Source: Nemertoderma westbladi (Eukaryota > Animalia > Xenacoelomorpha). From it: a stretch of 64,000 nucleotides of DNA. The DNA is taken from positions 1-64,000 of the forward strand of contig JAUCBJ010000550.1 in the NCBI GenBank assembly GCA_032718475.1, given 5' to 3'. Under the pieces are notes generated by a model. It was not told the DNA's origin. It was given only the letters and a program-made list of their open reading frames with translations, and did no database searches. This document shows, piece by piece, positions 49,800 through 62,024 of the stretch (positions within the stretch are counted from its first letter, which is position 1; each line of letters opens with the position of its first letter). The position numbers and the translations under genes were made by a program.

Positions 49800-50274
49800 T
49801 TAAACCATAGTATTGAATTCAACGAAGCTATCATCTGAGTTTATCGAAATCCCTCTGTCGAGACGTCCGTAGGCCTCGGCCAGCACGAGGTTGTCGTCAT
49901 TGTCGTCGAGAGCCTCGTCGTCTGTTAGCCTGATGTCGTTGGCGCTATCGGCGAGGTCATCCCGACTTCCGAACCGACATGGGATGGTCGTGGCGTTGGT
50001 TCCGGCCCGGTCCGGGAGCACTGGGTACAGGATCGGGGAGTCCGAGGAGAACGGGAAGGCGGAGGTGTACTGGAACCCGTACGGACGGCGAACGAACACC
50101 TTGGGGTAGAGAGAGGCCAGCGTCGGGTTCGGGATATAAGGATCCGTGGTTAATTCATCAACAGTATACTCCTGGATCTCTTCGATAAGGGATATAATGT
50201 CTCTAACTAAGTCGTTAGCGATAAGATAGAGGCAAGGGGAACCTCCATTCATAACGTGTGCACAAGCGACGAAA
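49800..50274 (-). CDS. MTMR10/11/12-like, terminal exon
   Basis: Acceptor TTTCAG|T completes CG|T (Arg), giving LWSECYLR-FVACAHVMNGG, which continues the 3-PAP-like C-terminal motif; acidic tail. Confidence 0.8.
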
Positions 50275-51304
50275 CTGAAAGTAAACGAATATATAATTCT
50301 AAATATAATACTAAATTTATTTAAGTGAAATTAAATACTCTAATACTAAACACAAATCTATACTGCATTGTTTAATTAAACAACAATGTTCAATTGTGGG
50401 TTAACTTTTCGCTTTTTTTTTTATCGACGCCGTACACTTACACCTACACATTCCCCGGGCTGGTTATTGCTGGATACACATTACAACTTACATGTTGTAT
50501 TATTTAACATTAACAATTAAATCAATTGGATTTGAGCTGATTATTCAACGGCAATAAATAACATTTTAATATGAAAAATAAACATGTTGTTGTACATTGC
50601 ATTAATTAACTCTAATAATTCCAATCCCGGAAATAATAACACATTCGCAATGAAATATTTAAAAATAGGGTTATGTTATTCCTAGAAAAAAATAGTACAT
50701 TTATTTTTCAACACTCCTGTATCTGCCTGATATTTTAATAAGACTTTGTTTAATCCGGTTACGGATATTTAATAGGACAAAATTAAAGGCAACGTTGAAG
50801 AAATTGTGAAGGATTGTATTTCTTTTTGTCAACTCGAGCTGTATATTATTTTAGGGATGATGAGTTTGTGGTGGTTCGTTCATCGACGTCCTTTAATTTG
50901 CCTATTTCTAAATTTTGCACAACGTTAAACACCAAAAATCCTCATTGAAGGGGTTGGTTGCAGGTGTGGTAGGCCTAGGGTAACTGATTCAGGTGATAAT
51001 ACTATATTGAAAGTTTCTAGCTTAAATAATGCCGTGCCTGTACGTAGATTGATACAAAATTTGGCAACCCTATATTGTATATTCTCTGGAGCAAGACACA
51101 TTTTTTGCCTAATTTGAATTAAACTATTGGTTAAAAGTCCAGTTAAAAGTACAGTCCAGTCAGTAGGCAGAACTAAAGTAAGTAGAGAAAATTACAAACC
51201 CCATATCAAGAAAATAAGGTTGACAGTTATTACAGTAGCCCATGTAAAGTATACCAGAGTTTCTGCTGTTATATTTCAGTTTGCCCCCATGTGAAGAATA
51301 CCAG

Positions 51305-52516
51305 GGCCGAGTAACTCAAAAAATCTTGAGATTGACCTTGAAACTAACCTTGAATCTATTTTACTCGTATTCCTATCGGAAATATTTCAAGTTAGACTTG
51401 AGAATTTCCTCAAGGTAAACTTGAAATTTCAAGCCGGTAACAAAGTAAATCTTGACATTCGTTGAAGTCAAGGTTCGAGATAAATGTCAAGGTAGCCATG
51501 GAGGTACTGTACGTTCAAATTTCAAGGTATCTACAAATCATCGATTCAGATGTTAGCTGTTAGCTTACTGTACCGGTTCCATAAGAGGCATTTTTGCAGA
51601 ATACACGAAATTTTTAAATAACACTCACTTTAACATGAATATAACATGAATGATGGGTACAGTAGAGTTATACTCCGAAGTATGTATACTAGTATAGCTA
51701 TTATTATTGATATAATAGCTACCGGTATTATAATGTGTTAAAAGTAAATTTTCTTCGGCCGCTAGGCCAGGGATTACGCACAAATTTTGACGACTTATTT
51801 CCAGTGCGGTCCCCCCAGAACTTTACTCCCCAGAGGAAACTCCAGTACTCATTTAGCTACCACTTAAGGATGCAAGGCAGAGATGCGCCCTGGCTGGTCC
51901 CTTTAAAGCATTCGTGCCGAAACGAAAACTGCCCTGACCAATGCGGGGATCGAACCCACGACCTACGGGAGATGTGAATTCAATGCAACCACTACACTAC
52001 ACTAAGGTTGGACCTGGTAGTTAGCTTATGGTTTTTATATCGCAAATCCTAATGCTTTGCTATGGTTTTTTATATGGCAGCAGAGGTAGTACAGAATTTT
52101 TGAAAAAGTGTTCAGTAATAAACGTGTGGTATCGTGACCTACTACAACAGTATAACACGACCCGGAATTCTGCGACCGGCCATAACATATATACAGTAGA
52201 TCAACTTGAAAGGGATACTAAACTTGGGAGAAACGAAATTGCGACAACCATGGAGAATCGGAAAGCCTAGGAAAGGGATTATATAGCGGGTTTCTCTGCA
52301 TAACCAAGGCAACTGCTCAAATAAAATAATATGTCGTCCATCTTTAATTCTCAAGGTGAGCCTTGAAATTTCAAGTTCCACCTTGACTGAATATTGCTTT
52401 GAGTAACCGGCTTGATTTAAACTCAAGAAAATCATACTCAAGGTAAAACTTGAGTTTCAAGGTGTCCTTGAGGTGGATTTAAAGGTCAATCTCAAGATTT
52501 TTTGAGTTACTCGACC
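51305..52516. mobile_element. PIF/Harbinger-like MITE (GGCCGAGTAACTCAAAAAATCTTGAG TIR; CAG/CTG flanks)
   Basis: ~35-bp TIRs at 51305 and 52516; internal CCTTGA/TCAAGG repeats. Confidence 0.75.
51741..52010 (-). mobile_element. tRNA-derived SINE (Nin/Deu-like core, TTTAC tail)
   Basis: Minus-strand B-box GGGTTCGATCCCC and core GCATCCTT...TAAATGAGTAC; 3' tail shared with 41690 and 62170. Confidence 0.75.
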
Positions 52517-52588
52517 CTGGTTTTCACTAAAACAAAGGTTTCAGAAGGGCTGATTCTAACCAAAACAATAAACGAATAAGTATCTATA

Positions 52589-52744
52589 AATGGGAGAATC
52601 TTTTAGGCACGTTAAGCCAAGGAATGCCTATTCATCACCATGGGTGATCTTCTACAGTAAACCCTTCCACTCTGATACACAAGTTGCCTTGGTTCCCATT
52701 TATCGACCACTGAAGGGTGAAAGCCAAGGTTGGGCTAGGCTTGT
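52589..52744 (-). mobile_element. 5'-truncated SINE with 14-bp target-site duplication
   Basis: AATAAGTATCTATA at 52575-52588 and 52745-52758; body matches 39465-39590. Confidence 0.8.
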
Positions 52745-52953
52745 AATAAGTATCTATACAGGTTATAAGACGGAAATAAACGCTATAAAACACTTAATTC
52801 GGAGAAATTTGGAAAAACAAATTCTTCATAATAAAATTCCAGTAGAATTTCGACCGAAAAGTGAAAACCTGGTATTCTTCACATGGGCGTAGTTATTTAA
52901 CCTTAAAATTAATTGACACACAATTAATAACAAATATCGTAAACTCGACTTAC

Positions 52954-54935
52954 CGTAAGTAGCATTCCGACCAGAGATTAAGGTTATTAATTTCATGTTT
53001 TGGAATCAGCCTTTTTGATTGACATCCATTTGTTAGAGTTGCTGATATGCCGAATAAATCGTTCGGTATGTTGGAGCTGAAACAGTAAGGATTGTAAAAC
53101 AGCGACTCTCTAGACGAATTGATATGAATAGGCCAATCCCAAACCGAAGGGTAGTTTATTGGAGCGACGGAGACCCGCTGGTTTGAGCGGGAGGGGCCAT
53201 TGTAACCCGATTGGATGTGGTCCAATGGGGACAGGCCAGGGGGCAGAGTTTGTGATTGGCTGTGGTGCCAGACGCGGTCGCCCGGTGAGTCCCACATAAA
53301 CTGGTCGAAAGTTCCCATAGTAGTTGAATCCCATAGAGTAACGAGATAGTAAGAGGAGAACTCGAAACGATGGGGGAACTGGTTAATGAGTTGGTAGACG
53401 CAGTCGAGGAACAGAAGGAACACTGGGGAACGCTGGTTCTTCGGGTTTGCAGACGTGTCTGGGTTGCTTAGCAACCCCAATCGGGAGAGGAAGGGGTGAC
53501 CCACTGCGACAAACTCGCGTTGTACCAACGACTCAAATCCCAGACGAGTACGGCAGTGCGGGTCGAGTAGGAGTTGGACAAGACAACAGATGACGCAACT
53601 GAAATCTCTCCCGAAACCCTCCCCGTAACCCTCGACAACTATGACATTGACCGCGTCGACGTCCACTATATCTGCGATCCGATTGGATACTTTCAAGCAC
53701 TTCGAGACGTGGTGCAGCCACTGCGAGGCCTCGAGAGAGGAACAAAATCGGCGGTCGTTCGACCAGTACTTAGTCGAGGTGCAGATCTCGAGTAGCTGAC
53801 TGTAGCTAATCTGTAGGTCTGCCAGAGAGGGGCACACCTCATCGCCTGCCTCAGTGTCTACAGACCAACGGGAATCCGTTGGGGACTGTCTCTGATCTAA
53901 TTTGTAGACGTAAGGATCGGTGTTTCTCTTCTCGTATTGACTCTGAAGTTTGACTCCCACTCTCATAGCAATAAGAAATCTCTCCCAGTCCATTTGAGGC
54001 GCTAAACCTAGTTGAACTAAAACGCTTCGAATAATACTGACATCGTTGGAATGGGTGTAAGACCAAAAAGGAGGACGTTTTGTAATAAAGGCACCAATAA
54101 ATCTCGAAAATTCCGGCCCCTTGAATCCATTCGGAGGATAGCTGGGAACAGCAAAATATTCCGGCATAGTTACGAACTTTCTGCAGCCCAAGTTGTAATG
54201 GGTTACTTGATATTTTTTGACGTTTAGGCGAGATAATTCCATCTTCCAATCTTCCTCTTTACTGTAAGTCGGACGCAACACATCGAAATATCGCGCTGTT
54301 GTACCAACCTCGAAGCAATACAAATCCTCACGCCTACTCGGATGTATCTGGCTGAGTAGAGCCAAAGTAAAACACTTCGCTAAATTACTATCCGTGTTTT
54401 GGAAACCAAACAGCAACACACGAAAATCCTTGCAAATTATTTTTAATTTCTGGATTCCGTGTTTTATTCGACTGTTTCTTGTCAACAGTTTTATCTTTTT
54501 CGTGGAAACTTTGTAAATAGAGTCAAAGCACGTTAAAGCAATGTCATTTTTTCCAAGGAATTTATTATGGCTATGAACTGTTTCAGTGAGCTCAATTGAC
54601 ACAAAAGAGAGTCTGTAATTTGTAAGTATTAATTTCCCCATGACTCCTGCTGAGTCATTCCTACCAATTATGTATTTAACGCATTTCTTTAAGGAACTAA
54701 TTATCACTTCTCCAGGAAATAGTTCCATCGATGTATCAACGTCTAGAGTAGACACTGGCGATGTAGAGTTAGAACGTTTCATGAAACGGGAACCAATTAC
54801 ATTATCAGACCGAGTACTGCGGTCTACCAACGAGCTGGAACTAATGAAGAACCTTGGGGCGTGAGGACCATCGATAGAGGATGTGTGGCTCCGCAAACGA
54901 TTAAACATCTTCTCAACATTTTTAACTTTATCCAT
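52954..54935 (-). CDS. Myotubularin-related pseudophosphatase (MTMR10/11/12 clade), main exon; nested on the same strand as ITPR
   Basis: PH-GRAM (GKLILTNYRLSF, CKDFRV); SQWLHHV; GRDFSCVICCLVQLLLDPHCRT..GFESLVQREF..GHPF; SPVFLLFLDCVYQLINQFP..FEFS. The catalytic HCSDGWDR motif is absent. ATG at 54935 (the track ORF starts at an upstream TTG); donor CG|GTAAGT. Confidence 0.9.
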
Positions 54936-55741
54936 CTTCGCGGAAATAATACATATATTCAAAAAATATCCCGAAGACAATAAATAATAATCATGTTTTA
55001 AATAAAACTGATACCAAACACTAATATCACAGTAATTACTGTACTATTTCCCTGTTGCTATGATACTACATAATATTAAACAACAAAGGAACACCGAAGA
55101 TATATAATTACATCCCATCATAATCATATGTCTAGCCTAGAAAAGATTAAAAACACAATGAGAATAATACGAATTGAGTTTGGCAGAGATTAACAATATA
55201 CAGTAAGTTTTAAAATTTAATACATAAATTAATCACCAAACACAGAGGACGGGACGTTTTATATAATTTAGTTCGATATTAAAATTACTCTCTGTAACAC
55301 TGAGTATTTTATATTAATTGTGTTTCCAATACCAATAATGAATGAATTACACAAGCAAGACACAACCCGGAAGTATTCAACGCTAACATTTTTTGTTTGA
55401 TTAAATAATATGAGTTGGCGAACATTGCATTACATTTCTACCACAAAGATCAACGGTCGCTTAGTAAGAGACAAAGTGGTATCTATGGCAACCACGCCAA
55501 CTAAAGGGTGATAGGATACATATAATAATATAATTCAGTTATTTACAATTAAATGCAATATGATAAATCAACTAATATTAAGGTTCTTTCAATTACAATA
55601 ATGTTGGTTTATATTTGTTAAAGCGCATACCAGGCCTATTTAAGCGTGTACATAAATTAAAAGCCATATATCATATTGCACGGTATATAACAAATGAATT
55701 AACATATCTGATGGGGTTGACTACTGTAAGGATAAACTCAC

Positions 55742-55899
55742 GGGGTCAGACAGTTCTTCAAGCGTAACAGCTGCTGTTCCACGACCGTTAAACGTCGCCT
55801 GTAGCAACCGAAATAATTGGCCCAGAATATTCTGTTCCCGCATTAGTTTTTGTCTCTCTCTATCCGGTTCCGTTACTTGGATTGTAAGAGCAGAATTAC
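55742..55899 (-). CDS. ITPR: ITPR exon (PDRERQKLMREQNIL; IP3-binding core)
   Basis: AG/GT boundaries, phase 1-0; RERQKLMR IP3-contact motif. Confidence 0.97.
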
Positions 55900-55979
55900 C
55901 TAAAAAACAAACCGCCACTCTCAGTTCTATACTACCATTATAAACAGTATGCTGCATTGTAGCGGCATATAAATTAAAA

Positions 55980-56158
55980 ATGCTACACCGGCTGTCCAGT
56001 ATCCACCACGCTTATTATCTGCATGAGGCTGTCAAAGCAGAAGATTGTGCACAGGTTGGTCATCACGGCGAAAGCAATGACCTGCAAAGCGGAGGCGGTT
56101 CTGTTCAAGTCTCAAGCTTTGGGGGGGGGGGGGGGGACCAACGTGACATCTCCAATAT
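55980..56158 (-). mobile_element. Diverged RTE LINE fragment
   Basis: Aligns to 780-935, with a G5 run expanded to G16. Confidence 0.7.
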
Positions 56159-57166
56159 TGAGTTGTTAACAAGTTAATATTAATATCGTTTTAAATGATA
56201 AATAAAATGAATGATAATGAAGATGTATAGGGTATGGGTGGAGATGCGTGCATTGTACAATAAAACCGGCGTAGTATCGTTAAAGCTAGAGCCGATAGAA
56301 ATTAGACCCCAGTATTTTTCACCACTCAGTTCTATATCCTATGTAATAATGGAGCTTAAAGTGTTTGATACGGATACATATTTAAGGCTCTTGGGTTACC
56401 CACAACTAAATGGTAAGACTATACATTTATTTTTTCTTTTATTTATCCCGAAAAAGGCACATGTGGAGTATATCAGTGTTTCTGATGTTATATTTCACTT
56501 TTTAAACTACAGTAGGTCGGCACTTAGTAATTTTGTAAATGTTTTGAATATATAATAAATTGGCCACAATGTCAAAAACAATTATTACATATTATAAAAT
56601 ATTATTACGAATCCACTTCTCCATGATCTCCTTGTGAAGGTTGTTAACCTTGGATCGAATGCTACACAACTTCACACTCAGTATGACACCAGAATTATTA
56701 AAGGAGAGTAGCTCTGTATGGAGTTATAACGTATATTTTATATGATGTCGTTCAACTAACACATCTTACTTCACAGAAATCCTTGCTCTACAATCAATAC
56801 CATTCAACAACTACATAGGATTTTCTCACAAAGATAGAATACATACATACTGTAGGAATTCACGTACAATTCGTCACATCCAATTAAATTAGTTAATTTC
56901 TGACTTAGCGAATTTTAAGAATTGTTTACAGAAAGAATATAAAAGTAGCCTAATGCGTTTATTTTTGATGAATTAATTTGGTTTGAACATACGGTTTTAT
57001 AATTTTTTGATCATTATTAGTACGGTGCATTCTAAATCGCAATATATTTATTATATGTGCGGCGACTTATAAACGTACATTTCTGCAGTGTCATGCTTTT
57101 TTATCTTCATGTGAGTGAAGTATACCAGACTTGCTGTTGCCAGTCTTGATTTACTTTGCATTTACC

Positions 57167-57388
57167 ACCATATGAAGAATACCAAGGGTTTTCACTATAA
57201 ATACGGTTACAAAAGGGCTGAATTTAACCAAAACAATAAACGAAAAGTATCTGTATAGGTTATAAGATACGAAAGAACCGCTATAAAACACGTAATAAGG
57301 ATAAATTTCGAAAATTGCAAATCCTTCGTTTAAACAATTCCAATAGAATTTCAACCGAAAATTGGAAATCTGGTATCCTTCACATGGG
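57167..57388. mobile_element. ~220-bp MITE (empty copy of the 51286-52887 host element)
   Basis: TIRs CCATATGAAGAATACCA/TGGTATCCTTCACATGGG; colinear with the pieces flanking the insertions at 51286-52887. Confidence 0.8.
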
Positions 57389-58312
57389 CGATTTTCTTAT
57401 TGGATATTATTCCGTGTACATACTGCAGATACTTTAGATCGAGTGTCACCGGCATCCGCAGAAACAATGCCTCACCCTCCTGATAGAGATTAATTTATGT
57501 ACAGTAATGTTATTGGCCTGATGAGATATGTATTAAGAAAATAAACCGCACGAAATATTAATTATGTTGCAAAGACGTCCAAAACAAAGACCAAAGACCC
57601 CCTAACGCTCTTTTGGACTCTCGCGTTAGGTAAAACGCGACTTGACCTCTTTGTTTTGTACTCACCCTCCAAAATGTTATGTTGTACAATAATAATAGTC
57701 AGAATTTGTTAAGTTTCTATTTCATTGACTGTTTGTTTATCTTATTGAACTCCCTGATTTTCTAATTCCCTTCTTAAATCGACTTCGTACCGCGTAGAAA
57801 CAGTCATGTTAATTGAGCAACTGGCCTAGAAGTAATATTCCAACTAGTATTGTCGCAATAAAGTATAGTGCATTACCAGATTTGCTAACGGCAGCAGGAC
57901 CAACACAGGACTACTGTAGAACAAATCTGTCACTGTTGCGGTGGCAGTGTCCTTCTAATCTGAAAGGTAGTGTCTGCAGAGTGATAGTCGGCACAGGTTC
58001 CATATAGAGAATTCCCTCGCGTTTCTCAAAATGACCATCGAATTTTGTAACAAATGTCTCGTAGAATCGGCATCGCAGCAGTAAACTTATTATGGATACC
58101 TGAGGTGAAGCAGAGGCAGCAACACTGAATCGTAAACTTTACAAAAAATTGTTACGATTGTTAGTTTACTTTATATGGATATTATCTTTACGAGTCTCCC
58201 TTTATGTGTCGGTCCACATATCGAGACAGGAGTGATGGTAGTCGCAGTGGACGTAACATTTATGGGACGCCGGCAAAATACTGTAGAATAGAATTTGAGC
58301 TCCAATACCACA

Positions 58313-58395
58313 TACTACTAGGATCGGCATGCTGCATATTGCAGCTGCATTTTTAAGAATGCTGTGCCGGCTTGTCAACAAAATTGCACCGCCAA
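58313..58395 (-). mobile_element. RTE LINE extreme 3' end
   Basis: Near-identical to 621-700. Confidence 0.75.
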
Positions 58396-59741
58396 TACCA
58401 CATGGTGAGATTCAGCATTCATGATAAAAAAAAAGATGCGATGTTGGTAGACCAGTCTTGTTCTAGAATTAACCCGAATGCCGGTACACCTGGAATCCCT
58501 CCAAACCACGCACGCGTTTGGACTTTACTTGGTCATATCAGAGTATATATATACCCTGTAAAGTTATGAGATATGTGAGACCCATCAAGGGACCTCGTGT
58601 CTTCTGCCGTAAAAGCCTAGCAGATGTTGCCAAATAGCAGCACAGGCTCTACATTAAGTGAATTAACGGCACCAGGAATACATTTCGTTCAGAGAAGGTT
58701 TCATTCCATGTGATTCCCATTTCCTTGATAGTTTATGGTTTGTTGTCCTTTCGTTCGTACTCGGAGGTCTTCAACGGATCTCCGAATCCTTGATCTAGAT
58801 ATCAGTAGCCAGCAGGTCGGTAACCTGCTAGGGGGAATCAAAGTTAGAGTTCGATTTTGGTCTTTGTGGCATTTACAAATTGGACGCTGCCTGTTCCAGA
58901 ATGTGGAGTAAGCTTTCGGCACAAGATTTAACTGAAATTTAGAATTAAAGGCCTCTCACATGTAAAGTAAGATTTCCTCTACTTCTACTAACAGAGGCTG
59001 GTTGTAATTACACACCATCTATATTATGTTGTTCAAGAGATATTGGCAGCAAATAGTTCACCAGAGTAATGGAGCTTGGAGCATGGACCTTGTTTTGGCA
59101 AATTGTTGTTGTCAATGTGAATTCCTTCAAGAATTATGCTGGGGAAGAATAAGTATCAATAAAGTTATTGCTATAAGATACTTTCTGTTTCATAACAAGA
59201 ATACGATAATTTAATGTTTCCTATATTTAGTTGAACAATAGCTATAATTAACGAACCAATCATCATATTCATCTGAAATTTGGTAGGGGTTACCTACTGT
59301 ATGTACATCGCTTAATTTGAAATTATACATACAGTCGGACATTCTATAGTGATTCGGTTCAGACGGTTCTATAATTGTACCCCTTTACTAAAGTTAATCT
59401 ATACTTCTTGCTGCGCGAAGGCCCCATGGACGTGTTTCCCTGTATCATATTTTGTCACATGTATCATATTTTGTCACTTGAATTATATTTTGTCACTTGT
59501 ATCTGATTATGTGATGTAAATTATAGAGATGATAATATCTGTTTTTTAATATTTTAGATTCTTACTTCTTCAATAGGCTGTTATTTACAAACAAACATTC
59601 CACACAAATAATCAATTTCAAGACGTTTATTTCTCTGTGAACTAACTCGCATGAGAGACTATTTTAGCGAAATCTCGTTTCGAGACATAGGTAAATTCAA
59701 GTATCAGATGAGAATTAACCATCGAGCATCACACCTCTGTA

Positions 59742-60485
59742 ATGAGCCGTGTCTTGTCATTCGGCATTGGCATTACTACTCTCTTCGTTGGCTTGGTACA
59801 TGGCGTTAATGTTACCTGCCGCCATGGACGCCTGCAGACCATGTTATCCTCCAACCATGACAATGTGGCAGATTTGAACTGGGATTGGCGCGACACTGGG
59901 GGATCGTTAGTAGCAGGTTTAGGATCTGTCTCGGATGAGCAATGCCCAGTTTGTCATATGTGGGAGTCAATGTCAGCAACCTTCTTGAAGCAATACCCTG
60001 AGTTAAAGGTTATGGCCGGCGCGAGATACGAAACCTGCGCATACGGTGGTGGTTGCGAAGCCCAATCCGAACACCCGTGCACCAACTTCACAGAGTTTAT
60101 GCAGGAGTTTTTAGACGCGGAATACGGCACAGGAGTAACAGTGTCGATTATAGAGAGCTTTTGCATGGAAATATGCTGCGAAGGGGCGGAAGTCTGCAAC
60201 TCAATTGACCATCCCGAATTCCATTTACCCGCTTATATAAACAGCGACGGGACCTACAACTGGGAACATCCAGTCTGGCAACTTGATCTGGATGGAAACC
60301 CGATACCTTACAATAGAGCGGGACCTGAAGATTCAACAACAACAACAACAACAACTACTACTACTGATCCTCCTACGACCGCAACACCGGGCAGTTCTAC
60401 ATTGGTTGAAAGCTTCGCTAACAAAATATTTGGAAGTTTCAATGTTTTTCTTGTTGCTTTTATGGGTTTATTGTTTTTCCATTGA
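59742..60485 (+). CDS. Secreted, probably GPI-anchored Cys-rich protein, Ly6/uPAR (three-finger)-like; antisense in ITPR intron
   Basis: N-terminal signal peptide, 10 Cys ending in CCEGAEVCN (LU-type CC-xn-CN), Thr-rich stalk, and a hydrophobic C-terminus with no cytoplasmic tail. Confidence 0.75.
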   Translation: MSRVLSFGIGITTLFVGLVHGVNVTCRHGRLQTMLSSNHDNVADLNWDWRDTGGSLVAGLGSVSDEQCPVCHMWESMSATFLKQYPELKVMAGARYETCAYGGGCEAQSEHPCTNFTEFMQEFLDAEYGTGVTVSIIESFCMEICCEGAEVCNSIDHPEFHLPAYINSDGTYNWEHPVWQLDLDGNPIPYNRAGPEDSTTTTTTTTTTDPPTTATPGSSTLVESFANKIFGSFNVFLVAFMGLLFFH

Positions 60486-60682
60486 TTTTTGACTAATTGA
60501 CAATCATTAGTGAGGCTGATTTTGCCTTTGCACTTTTCATGGAAATATATTTATCAATATTATATGGTGTTTTGGTATAGGTAAACTTGTTTACATCATT
60601 CGTGCTGCCCTGAAAGGGTATCGGTATATTGGGAGATTTTCCTAAAAGAGAACGAATTCTATACAGCTTATTGTCTCTACAT

Positions 60683-62024
60683 GGGCATTTCCACAGAAAA
60701 TGGGACACGATATGAAAATAAAACTTTAAAAAATAAGCAACATGTCATGATTTAATGGGTAAAATCTCATAAATTTTTCGAATTTGACAAAATTTACATT
60801 GATTTGAGGGTATAAAGTAGGAAATTTTACGATTATATCGACCATCATCAAGACTAATGTAAAAACAAAAAAAAAATACCAAAGGCAAAATATTTTTGTT
60901 ACTGTTTATCCATATAGGCTATCCTTGGTATCATTGTAAACAGCCGTAAATGCACATTCCAATGAGGTAGTTCTACGCCATAAACATAGAACGCTTCTAA
61001 TACAATAAGCATTAAAAGCTACCTGTATCCAATTGTAACGTCCGACACATTTTTTACATTTTTTCTCAAATACTTATCTATTGTATGGCAAACCATATCA
61101 AAATTAAAATGACTCAATGCCGACGTAAGATGGCGTCTTTTGTGTCATTTATAACAATCCAGGCTACTATAAAGTCTGTGATTTCAGTGATTGAAGTTCA
61201 GTAACGTCCGACACCTGTAACGCCCGACACTATTATTATTATGTATTTAATGTCTGAATTGCAGTGTATAATGTAAAGGCATATTCCAGAACTGTATTGT
61301 TTATATGCATGTAGGCCTACTACTAAATACTAGGACCTAAAACATAAAATCTTTTTGTCCATATGATTTTCAACAATAAAATAAATATATAAATAAAAAT
61401 AGTTTTCAATAATTGCGATTTACAATTCAAAATTCACACCTTAGTATTTTGATAATATATTTGGTAATTCTTGGTGAAATTTAAAATGGTTTTCAGATTC
61501 GGAATCTACAGATGAAGGCGGTTCTAATGATATCTAGAGTACATTCCATAGACAAAAAATATAGCCGACATAAAGCCAAATAAAGCCATGGTGGCTAAAT
61601 ATTGCTAATTTTTAAGTAACGTCCAACACGAAACGTCCGACACCATTCCGCACAACTTTGAATTGCAAATGTCGGTTTCAAAAGATCTGCAGTGCAATTG
61701 CGAAAACCTTTTCAAAATATAATAGTTTAGCTATAATTTGAGCTCAACAATAATAACATACCAGTCTTCGGCATTAATTGCAATCAAAAATAAAATTTGT
61801 GGAATAAAAAGTGTCCTATTTTTGTAACGTCCAACACCTTTTTAAAAGTCAACTTTGTAAGAAGAATCACGTTTCCCAATGCAAAGTATTTGCGCTATTC
61901 TGAAAAATTAATAAATTGTTTCATTTATTCAATGCAATCTGATGTCAAAAGTATTTTCGGAAATTTAAAGAAAAACATTCAAAATTCGAGAATGTCCGTA
62001 ACGTCCGACACCGTGGAATTGCCC
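60683..62024. mobile_element. Non-autonomous TIR element with repeated TAACGTCCGACAC motif
   Basis: Ends GGGCATTTCCAC / GTGGAATTGCCC; the motif recurs ~7 times (61037, 61202, 61218, 61617, 61632, 61825, 61999). Confidence 0.7.

Larger units (their letters stand above)
51286..52887. mobile_element. CCCATGTGAAG-TIR MITE interrupted by nested insertions
   Basis: TIRs CCCATGTGAAGAATACCAG/CTGGTATTCTTCACATGGG; an uninterrupted ~220-bp copy lies at 57167-57388. Confidence 0.8.

Noticed and set aside
57800-59200. Possible decayed CR1/L2-type LINE remnants
   Set aside because: Only faint motif echoes (a V.Q.SCVGP-like stretch near 57900); too degenerate to call without a search.
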